Of a stretch of 47,584 nt of DNA, positions 1-8,385 are shown one piece after another. Positions within the stretch are counted from its first letter, which is position 1; every line of letters begins with the position of its first letter. Under the pieces are notes generated by a model that was not told the DNA's origin, made no database searches, and worked only from the letters and a program-made list of their open reading frames with translations. The stretch covers positions 1-47,584 of the IMG/VR virus record IMGVR_UViG_3300033417_000014. One strand, written 5' to 3'. The position numbers were made by a program, and so were the translations under genes. Source of the stretch: a virus. Lineage: Duplodnaviria > Caudoviricetes.

Positions 1-127
1 CGCTGCCTGGCGCGAGGCGCGCCGCGGCAAGCGGCCGAGCGCGAGCCAGCTCGCGTTCGAGACCTACTGGCTCGACCACTTGCTCGAGCTGCAGGCCGAG
101 CTCAACGCCGGCACCTGGCGGCCGGCG
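1..127. repeat. Terminal direct repeat (copy 1); circular contig overlap
   Basis: 1-127 is identical to 47458-47584, and the RT reading frame continues across the join. Confidence 0.95.
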
Positions 128-1153
128 CCGCCGACGTGTTTCGTCGCGCAGCTGCCGAAGGCGCGCGAGATCCACGCGCCCGAGTTCCTCGATCGCGTCG
201 TGCACCACTGGCTCGTGCCGCAGCTCGAGCGCGTCTACGAGCCGCTGTTCGTCTTCGACAGCTTCAGCAACCGCCGCGGCAAGGGCACGCATGCGGCCGT
301 CGAGCGCCTGCAGGGCTTCGTGCGCCAGGTCGCCTCCGGCCAGGGCGGCGGCTGGTTCCTGCAGCTCGACGTCCACAACTTCTTCAACTCGATCCACCGG
401 CCGACGCTCGCGGCGCTGCTCGACGCGCGGCTCGCGCGCGCCCGGGCGCCGGCGGCCGTGCGGGACGTCGTGCGCGCCCTGCTCGAGCGCTCGCCGATCG
501 CCGACGGCGCACGCTACGTCGGCACGCCGGCGGAGCTCGCGGCCGTGCCACCGCACAAGCGCCTGGCCGAGGCCGCGCCCGACTGCGGGATCTCGATCGG
601 CAACCTGTCGTCGCAGTTCTTCGCGAATGTCTACCTCAACGAGCTCGATCAGTTCGTGAAGCACGCGCTGTGTGCGCGGCGATACGTCCGCTACGTCGAC
701 GACTTCGTGCTCGTGCACCACGATCGCGAGCAGCTCGAGGCCTGGCGCGCCGCGATCGCGCGCTTCCTCGAGGAGCGCCTGCAGCTCCGGCTCAAAGCAG
801 ACGTGAAACTGCAGCGGCTCGACGCCGGCGTCGACTTCCTGGGCTACGTCGTCCGGCCGACCCACACGCTCGTGCGCCGGCGCGTGGTGCGGCACGCGCG
901 CGAGAAGCTCGCGGCCTGGCAGCGCAGCTGCGTGAGCCGGCGCGGGATCCGCGCGACGCCCCGGCAGCTCCGTGAGCTCAAGTCCGTATGGATGAGCTAC
1001 GTCGGGCACTTCCGGCACGCGGCGAGCCGGCTCCTCGAGGAGCGTTTACACGCGCAGTTCCCGTGGCTGCGCGCCGCGCTGCGGCCGCGCTCGATCGACT
1101 ATCGCTGTGAGGGGCGCCGCCTGTCGCTGCCTCTCCTCGAGGCCTCGCCGTGA
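1..1153 (+). CDS. DGR reverse transcriptase, 3' part (full gene 47261..47457 + 1..1153, about 449 aa)
   Basis: YVRYVDDF catalytic motif, GISIGNLSSQFFAN (SQ motif typical of DGR RTs), DRVVHH, LDVHNFFNSI and DFLGY; adjacent to TR and avd. Confidence 0.95.
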   Translation, partial: AAWREARRGKRPSASQLAFETYWLDHLLELQAELNAGTWRPAPPTCFVAQLPKAREIHAPEFLDRVVHHWLVPQLERVYEPLFVFDSFSNRRGKGTHAAVERLQGFVRQVASGQGGGWFLQLDVHNFFNSIHRPTLAALLDARLARARAPAAVRDVVRALLERSPIADGARYVGTPAELAAVPPHKRLAEAAPDCGISIGNLSSQFFANVYLNELDQFVKHALCARRYVRYVDDFVLVHHDREQLEAWRAAIARFLEERLQLRLKADVKLQRLDAGVDFLGYVVRPTHTLVRRRVVRHAREKLAAWQRSCVSRRGIRATPRQLRELKSVWMSYVGHFRHAASRLLEERLHAQFPWLRAALRPRSIDYRCEGRRLSLPLLEASP

Positions 1154-1338
1154 GCAAGCCCGCGATCGCCGTGGTCAAGGCCGTGCTCGGCGGGCTCCTG
1201 TGCCTGGCTTTCGGCTACGCCCTGGTGCTCGGCGCGCACGTGCTCGAGCAGCTCTACCCGTGCCGCGCCGTGGATCCCGATACGGGCGTCCCGCGCGCGG
1301 TGTCCTGCTTCCACACCTCATCACCGGAGACCCCATGA
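1150..1338 (+). CDS. Small membrane protein
   Basis: 62 aa with a hydrophobic stretch; GTGA and ATGA overlaps couple it to the RT and to target 1. Confidence 0.6.
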   Translation: MSKPAIAVVKAVLGGLLCLAFGYALVLGAHVLEQLYPCRAVDPDTGVPRAVSCFHTSSPETP

Positions 1339-1781
1339 CGACTACGCCTCCTCGGCTGATCAAGATCGGTTCGAACGGGAAGAAGCTCGGGCCCATCGCC
1401 AAGGCCTGGCCGGCCGTGCTCGACAAGCAGACCGGCCGAATGTGGGTCGTCAAGCCGATCCGCGTCGACAACTGGAAGCCCGAGACCGTCGCGAAGATCG
1501 AGAAGAAGATCGCCGCGCTCCGCGTGGGCGGTTTCAAGGATTGGCGGATCCCGACCGTCGACGAGCTGTTCACGCTCGCCGATCGCACGCGTAAGACGAG
1601 CCCCGCGATCAATGTCGATTTCTTTCCGGACTGCCCGGCCGATTGGTTCTGGACGTCGACGTCGTACGCGCCGTCGCCCGGCGACTACGCGTGGGGCGTC
1701 TCCTTCTACAGCGGCGGCGCGTACTGGCCCAACCGCAGCTACTCCGGGTTCGTCCGCGCCGTGCGCGCCAGTCAGTCATAG
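1335..1781 (+). CDS. DGR target 1, DUF1566/Lcl C-terminal (CLec-like) protein
   Basis: DKQTGRMW, GGFKDWRIPTVDEL and WFWTST..VRAVR motifs; C-terminal VR; GGAG before the ATG at 1335. Confidence 0.9.
   Translation: MTTTPPRLIKIGSNGKKLGPIAKAWPAVLDKQTGRMWVVKPIRVDNWKPETVAKIEKKIAALRVGGFKDWRIPTVDELFTLADRTRKTSPAINVDFFPDCPADWFWTSTSYAPSPGDYAWGVSFYSGGAYWPNRSYSGFVRAVRASQS
1668..1772 (+). repeat. DGR variable repeat VR1
   Basis: 105 nt aligned to TR 47318-47422; 13 mismatches, all opposite TR adenines. Confidence 0.95.
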
Positions 1782-1798
1782 GCCATTGGGGGAGCACG

Positions 1799-2128
1799 AT
1801 GAGCGAGCAGGAAAGATTCGAGGCCTGGGGAATCGTCGATCTATTCGGGCACAAACGACTCGCGGGCCGGATCACCGAGCAGACGATCGGCGGCGAGACA
1901 TTCATCCGCGTGGACGTACCGCAAGGCGACGGCTTCCACACACGGCTGTTCGGCAAGGGCGCGATCTACGGCATCGCGTTGACCGACGAGACGATCGCGC
2001 GCGAGACCGCGAAGGCCGCCGCGCCGCGGCCGGTGTCTGCCTATGACGTGCGGGCGCTGATCGAGGATCAGCGCCCGCTGCGCACGATCGCCCTCGATGA
2101 CCAGGACCTGGAGAACCTGCCGGTATGA
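1799..2128 (+). CDS. Conserved phage hypothetical protein
   Basis: GGAG RBS; MSEQERFEAWGIVDLFGHKRLAGRITEQ..., good codon usage, coupled to the next gene. Confidence 0.7.
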   Translation: MSEQERFEAWGIVDLFGHKRLAGRITEQTIGGETFIRVDVPQGDGFHTRLFGKGAIYGIALTDETIARETAKAAAPRPVSAYDVRALIEDQRPLRTIALDDQDLENLPV

Positions 2129-2292
2129 ACCACAATCTGCAAACCCTGCCGCTCGATCAACTGCAGCTGCCGCTCGCTCCGCCTCTGCCGTTTCGGCTCG
2201 TCGAGGAGATGACGCACGAGTGCGGCCTCTGCGGCGGCGACGGCTGTACGGATTGCGGCGGGCTTGGGTGGGCCGTCGAGGCCGCTGCGTGA
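2125..2292 (+). CDS. Small Cys-rich (zinc-finger-like) protein, 55 aa
   Basis: Read by hand (absent from the ORF track); CGLCGGDGCTDCGGLG; ATGA/GTGA overlaps on both sides. Confidence 0.55.
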   Translation: MNHNLQTLPLDQLQLPLAPPLPFRLVEEMTHECGLCGGDGCTDCGGLGWAVEAAA

Positions 2293-2519
2293 AGCGCACC
2301 GATCACAAGACCGCCGCGGCCGCGCGCACCGAGCTCCTGGCCCACGGCTACCACCCGATGGGCGTGCCGCCCGGGCAGCCACTGAAGTGGCGCCGGCTCA
2401 AGGTGAAGCAGCCCGAGCTCGTGATCCGCCGCGAGCAGCGCGCGCGATCGGTCGCCTGGCACATCGTGCCCGCCGACGGCGGCGCCGAGCAGCTCGGGCT
2501 CCTCGAGGATGTCGCGTGA
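2289..2519 (+). CDS. Hypothetical protein
   Basis: GTG start overlaps the upstream stop, and its stop overlaps the next GTG. Confidence 0.55.
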   Translation: MKRTDHKTAAAARTELLAHGYHPMGVPPGQPLKWRRLKVKQPELVIRREQRARSVAWHIVPADGGAEQLGLLEDVA

Positions 2520-2872
2520 CGACCCTGCAGCAGATCCTCGAGGCGCTCCCCCGCTATCGGTACATCGTGGCGAACGAGATCAAGACGCAGCGCGGTGTCG
2601 CTGAGGTGCTCGAGCAGCACGGGATCGCCTTCGACCGAGAGCACGTCGAAGAAAATGATCGCTATGACTTCCTGTGCACCGGCGGAGTGGTCGTCGAAGT
2701 CAAGCGCGCCCTGACGTACAGCACGGCGCTCCGACAGGCCGCGCGCTATTGCCGCGCGCCAGCAGTGACCGCGGTCGTGATCGCCACCACGAGACCCTGG
2801 CCGGAGGGTGCCGTCGCGACCTTCAACGAGAAGCCGGTGCACGTCGTTCGGCTCCCGGGACCGCAGCTGTGA
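2516..2872 (+). CDS. PD-(D/E)XK family nuclease
   Basis: E..(DRYDFL)..VVVEVK..QAARY pattern; directly upstream of the SNF2 helicase. Confidence 0.65.
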   Translation: MTTLQQILEALPRYRYIVANEIKTQRGVAEVLEQHGIAFDREHVEENDRYDFLCTGGVVVEVKRALTYSTALRQAARYCRAPAVTAVVIATTRPWPEGAVATFNEKPVHVVRLPGPQL

Positions 2873-4587
2873 CGTACGGCTCGATCGAGTGGGCGGTGGG
2901 CTCCTGGTTCATCGAGTGCGAGCCGCAGGTTCGTACGCGGATCCGGCGCGTGTTTCCGCGGGTCTCCCAGATGGCCGGCGACGTCGTCGAGATCTCCGAC
3001 ACGGCCGAGCACTGCCGCGACCTGCTGTGGTTCATGAGCCGCTATCCGCTCGACGTGGAGGACGAGGATCGGCAACGCCTCGAGGGCGGCGGCGCTCGAC
3101 ACGAGCACATGGAGCAACGGCTCGCCGATTTGTTGTCGCTACGGACGCCGCCGCGCCATGTCGAGCTTGCCGTACCCGCGCGCGACTACCAGCTACAGGC
3201 GGCCGATGCGTGCACGATCCGTGGCGGGCTGCTCTTGGCCGACGAGGTCGGCGTCGGCAAGACCGTGAGTGGCCTACTGCCGATGGCAGACGGGCAGTAT
3301 CTGCCGGCGGTGTTCGTCTGCGAGCCCCACCTCGAGCGACAAATGGAACGCGCGCTGAACCGCTTCCTACCCGGGCTGCAGGTCCACCGCGTTCGAAAAG
3401 GCACGCCGTACCCGTTGGCGGTTCGGCGGCCTCGCCTCGGCCTGTCCGCGACACGCGTGCCCGACGTCTTCGTGATCAGCTACCACAAGCTGCGCGGCTG
3501 GGCCGATCAGCTCGCCGAGCTCATTCGCTACTGCGTGTTCGACGAGTGCCAGCGGCTGCGGAGCGCAGGCTCCGACATCTACGGCGCCTGCAAGCACGTC
3601 GCTCGCAAAGCGAAGATGAGCATGGGGCTCAGCGCAACGCCGATCTACAACTACGGCTCCGAGTTTTTCTGGGTCATCGACTGCCTGCTGCCGGGCGTGC
3701 TCGGCAGCCGCACCGAGTTCCTGCGCGAGTGGTGCACCGCCGGCGGCGACAAGGCACGGATCCAGGACACTGACGACTTCGGCTCCTACCTGCGTCGCGA
3801 GGGGATCATGCTCCGGCGATCGCGCCGCGACGTCGGCCGCGAGCTCCCCGCCGTCCAGCGCGTCTCGCACCACGTCGAGAGCGACCCCAAATTGATCGAG
3901 AGCATGACGAACGACGCGGCCGCGCTCGCCCGCATTATCCTCGCCCACAACGAGCAGTTCCGCGGGCAGCGCATGCAGGCCTCGGGCGAGTTCGACATGC
4001 TCATGCGGCAAGCAACCGGTGTCGCCAAAGCGCCCTACGTCGCCGCCTTCGTTCGGCTGCTGCTCGAGGCCGGCGAGGCGGTGATCGTCTTCGCCTGGCA
4101 CCGCGAGGTCTATCGGATCCTCGAGCACGAGCTCAGAGACTTCCATCCGCTGATGTACACGGGCAGCGAGTCGGGCGCGGCGAAGGCGTTGGCGGAGGAG
4201 CTGTTCGTCCATGACAACCGGCACCGGCAGCTGATGTTCATGTCGCTGCGGTCCGGCGCCGGCGTCGACGGGCTTCAGAAGGTTTGCAGCACCGCCGTGT
4301 TCGCCGAGCTCGATTGGAGCCCGGGCGTGCACGATCAGTGTGTCGGCCGCGTCGACCGCGACGGCCAGGAACGCCCGGTCGTCGCCTATTTCCTCGTCAG
4401 CGAGGAAGGCTCCGATCCGATCATGGCCGAGGTGTGCGGCATCAAGACCGAGCAACGCGAGGGGGTCATCAATCCCAACGCACCGCTCGTGCAGCGCCTG
4501 GAAACCGACGAGCACCACGTCCGCCGACTGGCGCGGCAGGTGCTCGAGCGACGCGGCGGGCGGTTACCACTTGAGGAGACAGCATGA
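2869..4587 (+). CDS. SNF2-family (SF2) helicase
   Basis: LLADEVGVGKT (Walker A), DECQ, SATP, and QCVGRVDRDGQ (motif VI). Confidence 0.92.
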   Translation: MTYGSIEWAVGSWFIECEPQVRTRIRRVFPRVSQMAGDVVEISDTAEHCRDLLWFMSRYPLDVEDEDRQRLEGGGARHEHMEQRLADLLSLRTPPRHVELAVPARDYQLQAADACTIRGGLLLADEVGVGKTVSGLLPMADGQYLPAVFVCEPHLERQMERALNRFLPGLQVHRVRKGTPYPLAVRRPRLGLSATRVPDVFVISYHKLRGWADQLAELIRYCVFDECQRLRSAGSDIYGACKHVARKAKMSMGLSATPIYNYGSEFFWVIDCLLPGVLGSRTEFLREWCTAGGDKARIQDTDDFGSYLRREGIMLRRSRRDVGRELPAVQRVSHHVESDPKLIESMTNDAAALARIILAHNEQFRGQRMQASGEFDMLMRQATGVAKAPYVAAFVRLLLEAGEAVIVFAWHREVYRILEHELRDFHPLMYTGSESGAAKALAEELFVHDNRHRQLMFMSLRSGAGVDGLQKVCSTAVFAELDWSPGVHDQCVGRVDRDGQERPVVAYFLVSEEGSDPIMAEVCGIKTEQREGVINPNAPLVQRLETDEHHVRRLARQVLERRGGRLPLEETA

Positions 4588-4868
4588 ACAAGAAAGAGAT
4601 CGACCGGCTTTCGAACGCCGTGACCGCGCTGCGCGCGAACGGCTTCGAATCGTTGACCGAGGCCGATGTGTTCTGCAGGGCTGCGGGCGGGCTGCCGAAC
4701 GGCGAGCCGCTCGACGTCAGCGAGATCTGCCGGGCCACCGGGCTACCGATCAGCACGGGCTCCCGTCTCGTGTGTGGCCTCCATGAGCGGGGGCTCCTCG
4801 AGTACGTGCCGCACGCTACGGATCGCCGACGCAAGCTCGTTCGCGCGAAGCTCGAAGCGTTCAAATGA
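4584..4868 (+). CDS. MarR-like winged-HTH protein
   Basis: VSEICRATGLPISTGSRLVCGLHERGLL..DRRRKLV. Confidence 0.75.
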   Translation: MNKKEIDRLSNAVTALRANGFESLTEADVFCRAAGGLPNGEPLDVSEICRATGLPISTGSRLVCGLHERGLLEYVPHATDRRRKLVRAKLEAFK

Positions 4869-5098
4869 CATTCGACGATGCCCACACGACAGAGGAGCAC
4901 GAGCGCCGCATCGTCCGCTGCCGCGAGAACGCGTGCCGCGCGCGGATCATCTTTCTCGAGAATCCGGAGACCGGCAAGAAGGTGCCCGTCGACGCGGACA
5001 CCGTCGAGGCGGACGACAACGAATACGTGAAGGGCCGGCACGTGTCGCACTTCACTACTTGTACGGCGCCCAAGCGATTCAGCAAGGGGAGCCGGTGA
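4865..5098 (+). CDS. Hypothetical Cys/His protein
   Basis: CRENAC..GKKVPVD..SHFTTC; coupled to the upstream gene. Confidence 0.6.
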   Translation: MTFDDAHTTEEHERRIVRCRENACRARIIFLENPETGKKVPVDADTVEADDNEYVKGRHVSHFTTCTAPKRFSKGSR

Positions 5099-5266
5099 AG
5101 CCATCGCGAACGTGCGCTGCGGCGATCGCGTGAAGGTCGGCAACAGCGAAGGCGTGATCGTCGGCGCCGGCGGCGGCGCGAACTTCGAGGTTCTGTTCGG
5201 CTCTGGCAACTACGCCGGCCGGCGGTACGTTTGCCACCCTTCAACGTGCGAGTTTCTAGAGTGCTG

Positions 5267-5488
5267 ATGTTCCTGACACCCGACGAACTGCGCGATCTCA
5301 CCGGACGCCGGCGGCCGTCCGCACAGATCCGTTGGCTCCGTGATCACCACTGGGCGTTTGTACAGCGCGCCGACGGCCGACCAGCGGTGTCACGCCGCGA
5401 GGCCGAGCGCCAGCTCGAGACCGGCGCACCACGGCGCGCGGCGCCGGCGGCCGAGCCCGACTTTACCGTGCTCGAGCGAGCGAGCTAG
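5267..5488 (+). CDS. Excisionase-like protein (DUF4224-type)
   Basis: MFLTPDELRDLTGRRRPSAQIRWL..ADGRPAV; immediately upstream of the integrase. Confidence 0.8.
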   Translation: MFLTPDELRDLTGRRRPSAQIRWLRDHHWAFVQRADGRPAVSRREAERQLETGAPRRAAPAAEPDFTVLERAS

Positions 5489-5492
5489 TCTC

Positions 5493-6545
5493 ATGCGCGT
5501 GGGGCGTAAGAAGAAGAACAACCCGCACCTGCCGCGCGGGGTCACTCACGAGCACGGCGCCTACTATTTCCGCGGCCGCGATCGCGCGCGGATCCGCCTC
5601 GGCGCCGCGTTCGGTGAGTCGATGAACCGGTGGGCCGAGCTCGTGCAGCCCCAGGGCGGGCCCGTGGGGACGCTGCACGACGCGTTCGAGCGCTTCAAGA
5701 CCGAGGTCGTGCCGCACAAGGCGGCGAAGACTAGGACCGGCTATCTGTATATGCTCCCGACGCTCGACTCGATCTACGGCAAGATGACGCCGAGCTCGAT
5801 CCTGCCCCGCCATGGCTACCAGCTCCTCGACCGTGGCCGCCGGACCCCGACCCAGACCCTCAAGCTGTTCAACCTGATGTCGTCCGTACTGACCGCCTGC
5901 GTGCGCTGGGGCGCGATCGACGAGAACCCCTTCTGGCAGGTCCGTAAGGCCGATTACACGCCGGCGCCGCGCACGCGCTGCCCGACGGACGCGGAGTACT
6001 CGGCTGTCTACGCGATCGCCTCTGAGCGGCTCCAGATTGCCATGGACCTCGCCCTCCTGACGGGGCTACGCAAGGGCGGGATCCTGCGGCTCGAGCTCGG
6101 CGACGTCACGGATGATGGGCTGCTCAGCCGCCGCCCTGGCAAGACGACCAAGCCCCTGCTCTTCCTGTGGACGACCGAACTCCGAGCGGTGGCCGATCGC
6201 GCGAAGCGCCTAGAGCCGCGCGTGCGCCGCGCGCTGCTCTGCACTGGCAAGGCGCGGAACCCGCGGCACAAGCCCGGGCAAGCGTACACCGAGGACGGCT
6301 TCAACGCGCTGTGGCAGCGGCTCATGGCGCGCGCCACGCGGAAAGACGAGCACGGCCAGGCGCTGCTCGCGGAGCGTTTCAGGCTCAACGATTTGCGCGC
6401 GAAGTCCGCGACCGATGCTGACACCGTCCCAGAGGCCCAGGCACGACTCGGTCACACGACGCCGGCGACGACGTCGCGCGTCTACATCCGCAAGCCGACG
6501 AAGGTGCAGCCACTGCGACGAAAAGGTGTGGAGTCGACGAAGTAA
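5493..6545 (+). CDS. int: Tyrosine integrase
   Basis: TGLRKGG (catalytic R), NDLR (HxxR variant), LGH and catalytic Tyr in TTSRVY; N-terminal arm-binding-like region. Confidence 0.92.
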   Translation: MRVGRKKKNNPHLPRGVTHEHGAYYFRGRDRARIRLGAAFGESMNRWAELVQPQGGPVGTLHDAFERFKTEVVPHKAAKTRTGYLYMLPTLDSIYGKMTPSSILPRHGYQLLDRGRRTPTQTLKLFNLMSSVLTACVRWGAIDENPFWQVRKADYTPAPRTRCPTDAEYSAVYAIASERLQIAMDLALLTGLRKGGILRLELGDVTDDGLLSRRPGKTTKPLLFLWTTELRAVADRAKRLEPRVRRALLCTGKARNPRHKPGQAYTEDGFNALWQRLMARATRKDEHGQALLAERFRLNDLRAKSATDADTVPEAQARLGHTTPATTSRVYIRKPTKVQPLRRKGVESTK

Positions 6546-6616
6546 TCAGGAATGCCGGCTCATCGCCGGAACGCCGTCCGCCAGCGCACGGCTGAAAGCG
6601 CTGGCACATAGAGGGA

Positions 6617-7210
6617 ATGACAATGGCAGTAGAAACTGTGCACCTGAAGCCGATCAATGTGCAGATGTTGCAGATCTCGATCGATGGCACATCGCCGCTG
6701 ATTCAGCACAAATGGAGCGAGAAAGCGCTGCGCCAGCTGCGCGATAAAGGCGGCGGAAAAAAAACCAAAAATCGCGAGCCGCGCGATCCACAGGCGGAAG
6801 CCAAGGCCGCGACGTACTTCACCAAGGATGGCTCTCACGGCATTCCGTTGCTCGCACTCAAGAGCGCAATCATCGAGGCGGCCCACAAAGATATCGGCTT
6901 CGAGAAAACGTTGGTGCGGAAAGGCCTATTCATAAAGGCACCAGATGAAGCGCTCGTTCTTCCGATGAAGTGTTCGGAGCCGATCGTGCGTGAGGACAGC
7001 GTGCGCGTTGGGATGGGATCTGCTGACCTGCGATACCGTCCGCAGTTCAACGAGTGGTCGGTTGATCTTCTCTGCGAGTACGACGCAGATCTCCTTCAGC
7101 CGACAGACATCGTAAATCTTATCGACCGCGCCGGATTCGGCGTGGGTGTGGGCGAGTGGCGGCCGGAGAAAGGCGGTGAGTTCGGACGATTCCGCGTTCG
7201 TCGCGGATGA
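6617..7210 (+). CDS. RAMP/Cas7-like protein (candidate effector for the adjacent GGC-NN array); start may be 6623
   Basis: N-terminal strand I-x-G-x-S-P-L (ISIDGTSPLIQH), YRPQFNEW, and a C-terminal Gly-rich loop AGFGVGVGEWRPEKGGEFGRF, the layout of RAMP-superfamily proteins. GAGGGA RBS. Fold is inferred. Confidence 0.7.
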   Translation: MTMAVETVHLKPINVQMLQISIDGTSPLIQHKWSEKALRQLRDKGGGKKTKNREPRDPQAEAKAATYFTKDGSHGIPLLALKSAIIEAAHKDIGFEKTLVRKGLFIKAPDEALVLPMKCSEPIVREDSVRVGMGSADLRYRPQFNEWSVDLLCEYDADLLQPTDIVNLIDRAGFGVGVGEWRPEKGGEFGRFRVRRG

Positions 7211-7223
7211 GTTCCCTCACCGG

Positions 7224-7622
7224 GGCGAGGCTCGGCAGGCTAGGCAGGGCGTGGCAGTGCAGGGCTCGGCGCGGCAAGGCGCGGCAAGGCGCGGCAGGCG
7301 TGGCCAGGCTGGGCGAGGCGTGACCAGGCTAGGCGCGGCTGGGCAGGCGAGGCGCGGCTGGGCTTGGGCGGCTTGGCGTGTTGAGGCTTGGCTAGGCCAG
7401 GCGGGGCAGGCAAGGGTAGGCGAGGCGGGGCCTAGGCGGGCTTGGTGAGGATGGCGAGGTCGGCTGGGCAAGGCGCGGCAGGCAGGGCGCGGCCTGGGAG
7501 GGCGCGGATGGGCGGGGCCCGGCCAGGCGCGGCCTGGGTGGGCTAGGCGGGGCATGGCGCTGGCAGGCGCGGTTGGGCAAGGGCTGCTGGGCAAGGGCTG
7601 CGCGGCTGGTCAAGGCATGGCT
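7224..7622 (+). ncRNA. Array of GGC-NN pentamers segmented by GGCA tetramers (putative guide-like ncRNA)
   Basis: Roughly 75-80 units with a constant GG(C) and a variable dinucleotide; GGCA|GGC register breaks at 7234, 7293, 7342, 7405, 7477 and 7562; intergenic; followed by TTTTT. The repeat is directly visible; the RNA function is inferred. Confidence 0.7.
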
Positions 7623-7654
7623 CATTTTTGATCGATAACCATTGGAGACGATTC

Positions 7655-8179
7655 ATGAAGTACAGATTTAGAGACGGTGTTTCGATTCCCGGCGTATCAG
7701 CGGACGATGCGGCGGCTGAGCTCGAACGCCTCTACGAGCAATACGGTGTGCTGCGGCCATCGACTCTCGTCGAGGAGTCGAAGCCAAAAGGGGCTGTGTT
7801 CCACACGGCGTTCGAGTGGCGAGACAAACAAGCCGCTCACCAATACCGGCTGCAGCAAGCTCGAACGCTTATTCGCGCGGTTCACGTGATTGCAGACGAC
7901 GGGACGCGGGCTGATCCCGTATTCGTACACGTCAGAGCTCAAGGGGAAGATGACGGGCAGGAGGGCGGATACCATCCACAGTCCGTGGTTGTCAGCCGGC
8001 CCGATCTATTCGAGCAAGCCATGGCCGAACTACAGCGACACCTACGCAGTGCGATGAATGCGGTGGAGTCGTTGCAGCGCGCAGCCGAACAAAGCCAAGA
8101 TCCTGACCGCTTGGCTCGGGTGGCACTGGCGGTCCGGGCGCTCGAAGCCGCGTCGGCAGCCATCAACTCATTACATTGA
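7655..8179 (+). CDS. Conserved phage protein, accessory gene of the RAMP/array cassette
   Basis: GGAG RBS; FHTAFEWRDKQAAHQYRLQQARTLIR motif; C-terminal helical/coiled-coil region; composition matches 6617-7210. Confidence 0.75.
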   Translation: MKYRFRDGVSIPGVSADDAAAELERLYEQYGVLRPSTLVEESKPKGAVFHTAFEWRDKQAAHQYRLQQARTLIRAVHVIADDGTRADPVFVHVRAQGEDDGQEGGYHPQSVVVSRPDLFEQAMAELQRHLRSAMNAVESLQRAAEQSQDPDRLARVALAVRALEAASAAINSLH

Positions 8180-8385
8180 TTCGTGCAAGGGCCGGCCGAG
8201 TAGTGAACCCTAGACCTCCTTGGCTACGCGTGATCGACGGTGGCCTCACCCAAAGGGGCGTCACGATCGAGCAGCACATTCAAATCGGCCTGCCGAATGG
8301 TTGGCGAGAGACGCTGATCTATGCAGTCTTGCGCGCGCATCGCGAAGCGGTGGCGGCACTTACAAATCCCGACGACACTCCAAGG

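Noticed and set aside
1-127. Biological terminal repeat of the virion DNA
   Set aside because: It falls mid-RT gene, has a k-mer-like length of 127, and the GpA-type terminase implies cos ends; this is an assembly overlap.
80-1153. Group II intron or retron RT
   Set aside because: The SQ motif, avd and A-specific TR/VR pairs identify a DGR.
6379-6402. Integrase inactive because HxxR reads NDLR
   Set aside because: The His of this motif is variable among tyrosine recombinases; the other catalytic residues and attP are intact.
7297-7341. Concatenated NN of array unit 2 (GTCATGGAGTCATAGCTG) resembles the VR tail AGTCATAGGC
   Set aside because: Only an 8-nt contiguous match; likely chance without statistics.
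7224-7622. CRISPR array or simple microsatellite
   Set aside because: There are no 25-45 nt repeats with unique spacers, and units vary systematically at two positions rather than being homogeneous. G-quadruplex formation is possible but does not explain the punctuation.
7146-7625. ORFs 7146..7448, 7217..7594 and 7392..7625 over the pentamer array
   Set aside because: Low-complexity Arg/Gly/Ala/Pro translations produced by the 5-nt repeat; no RBS support.
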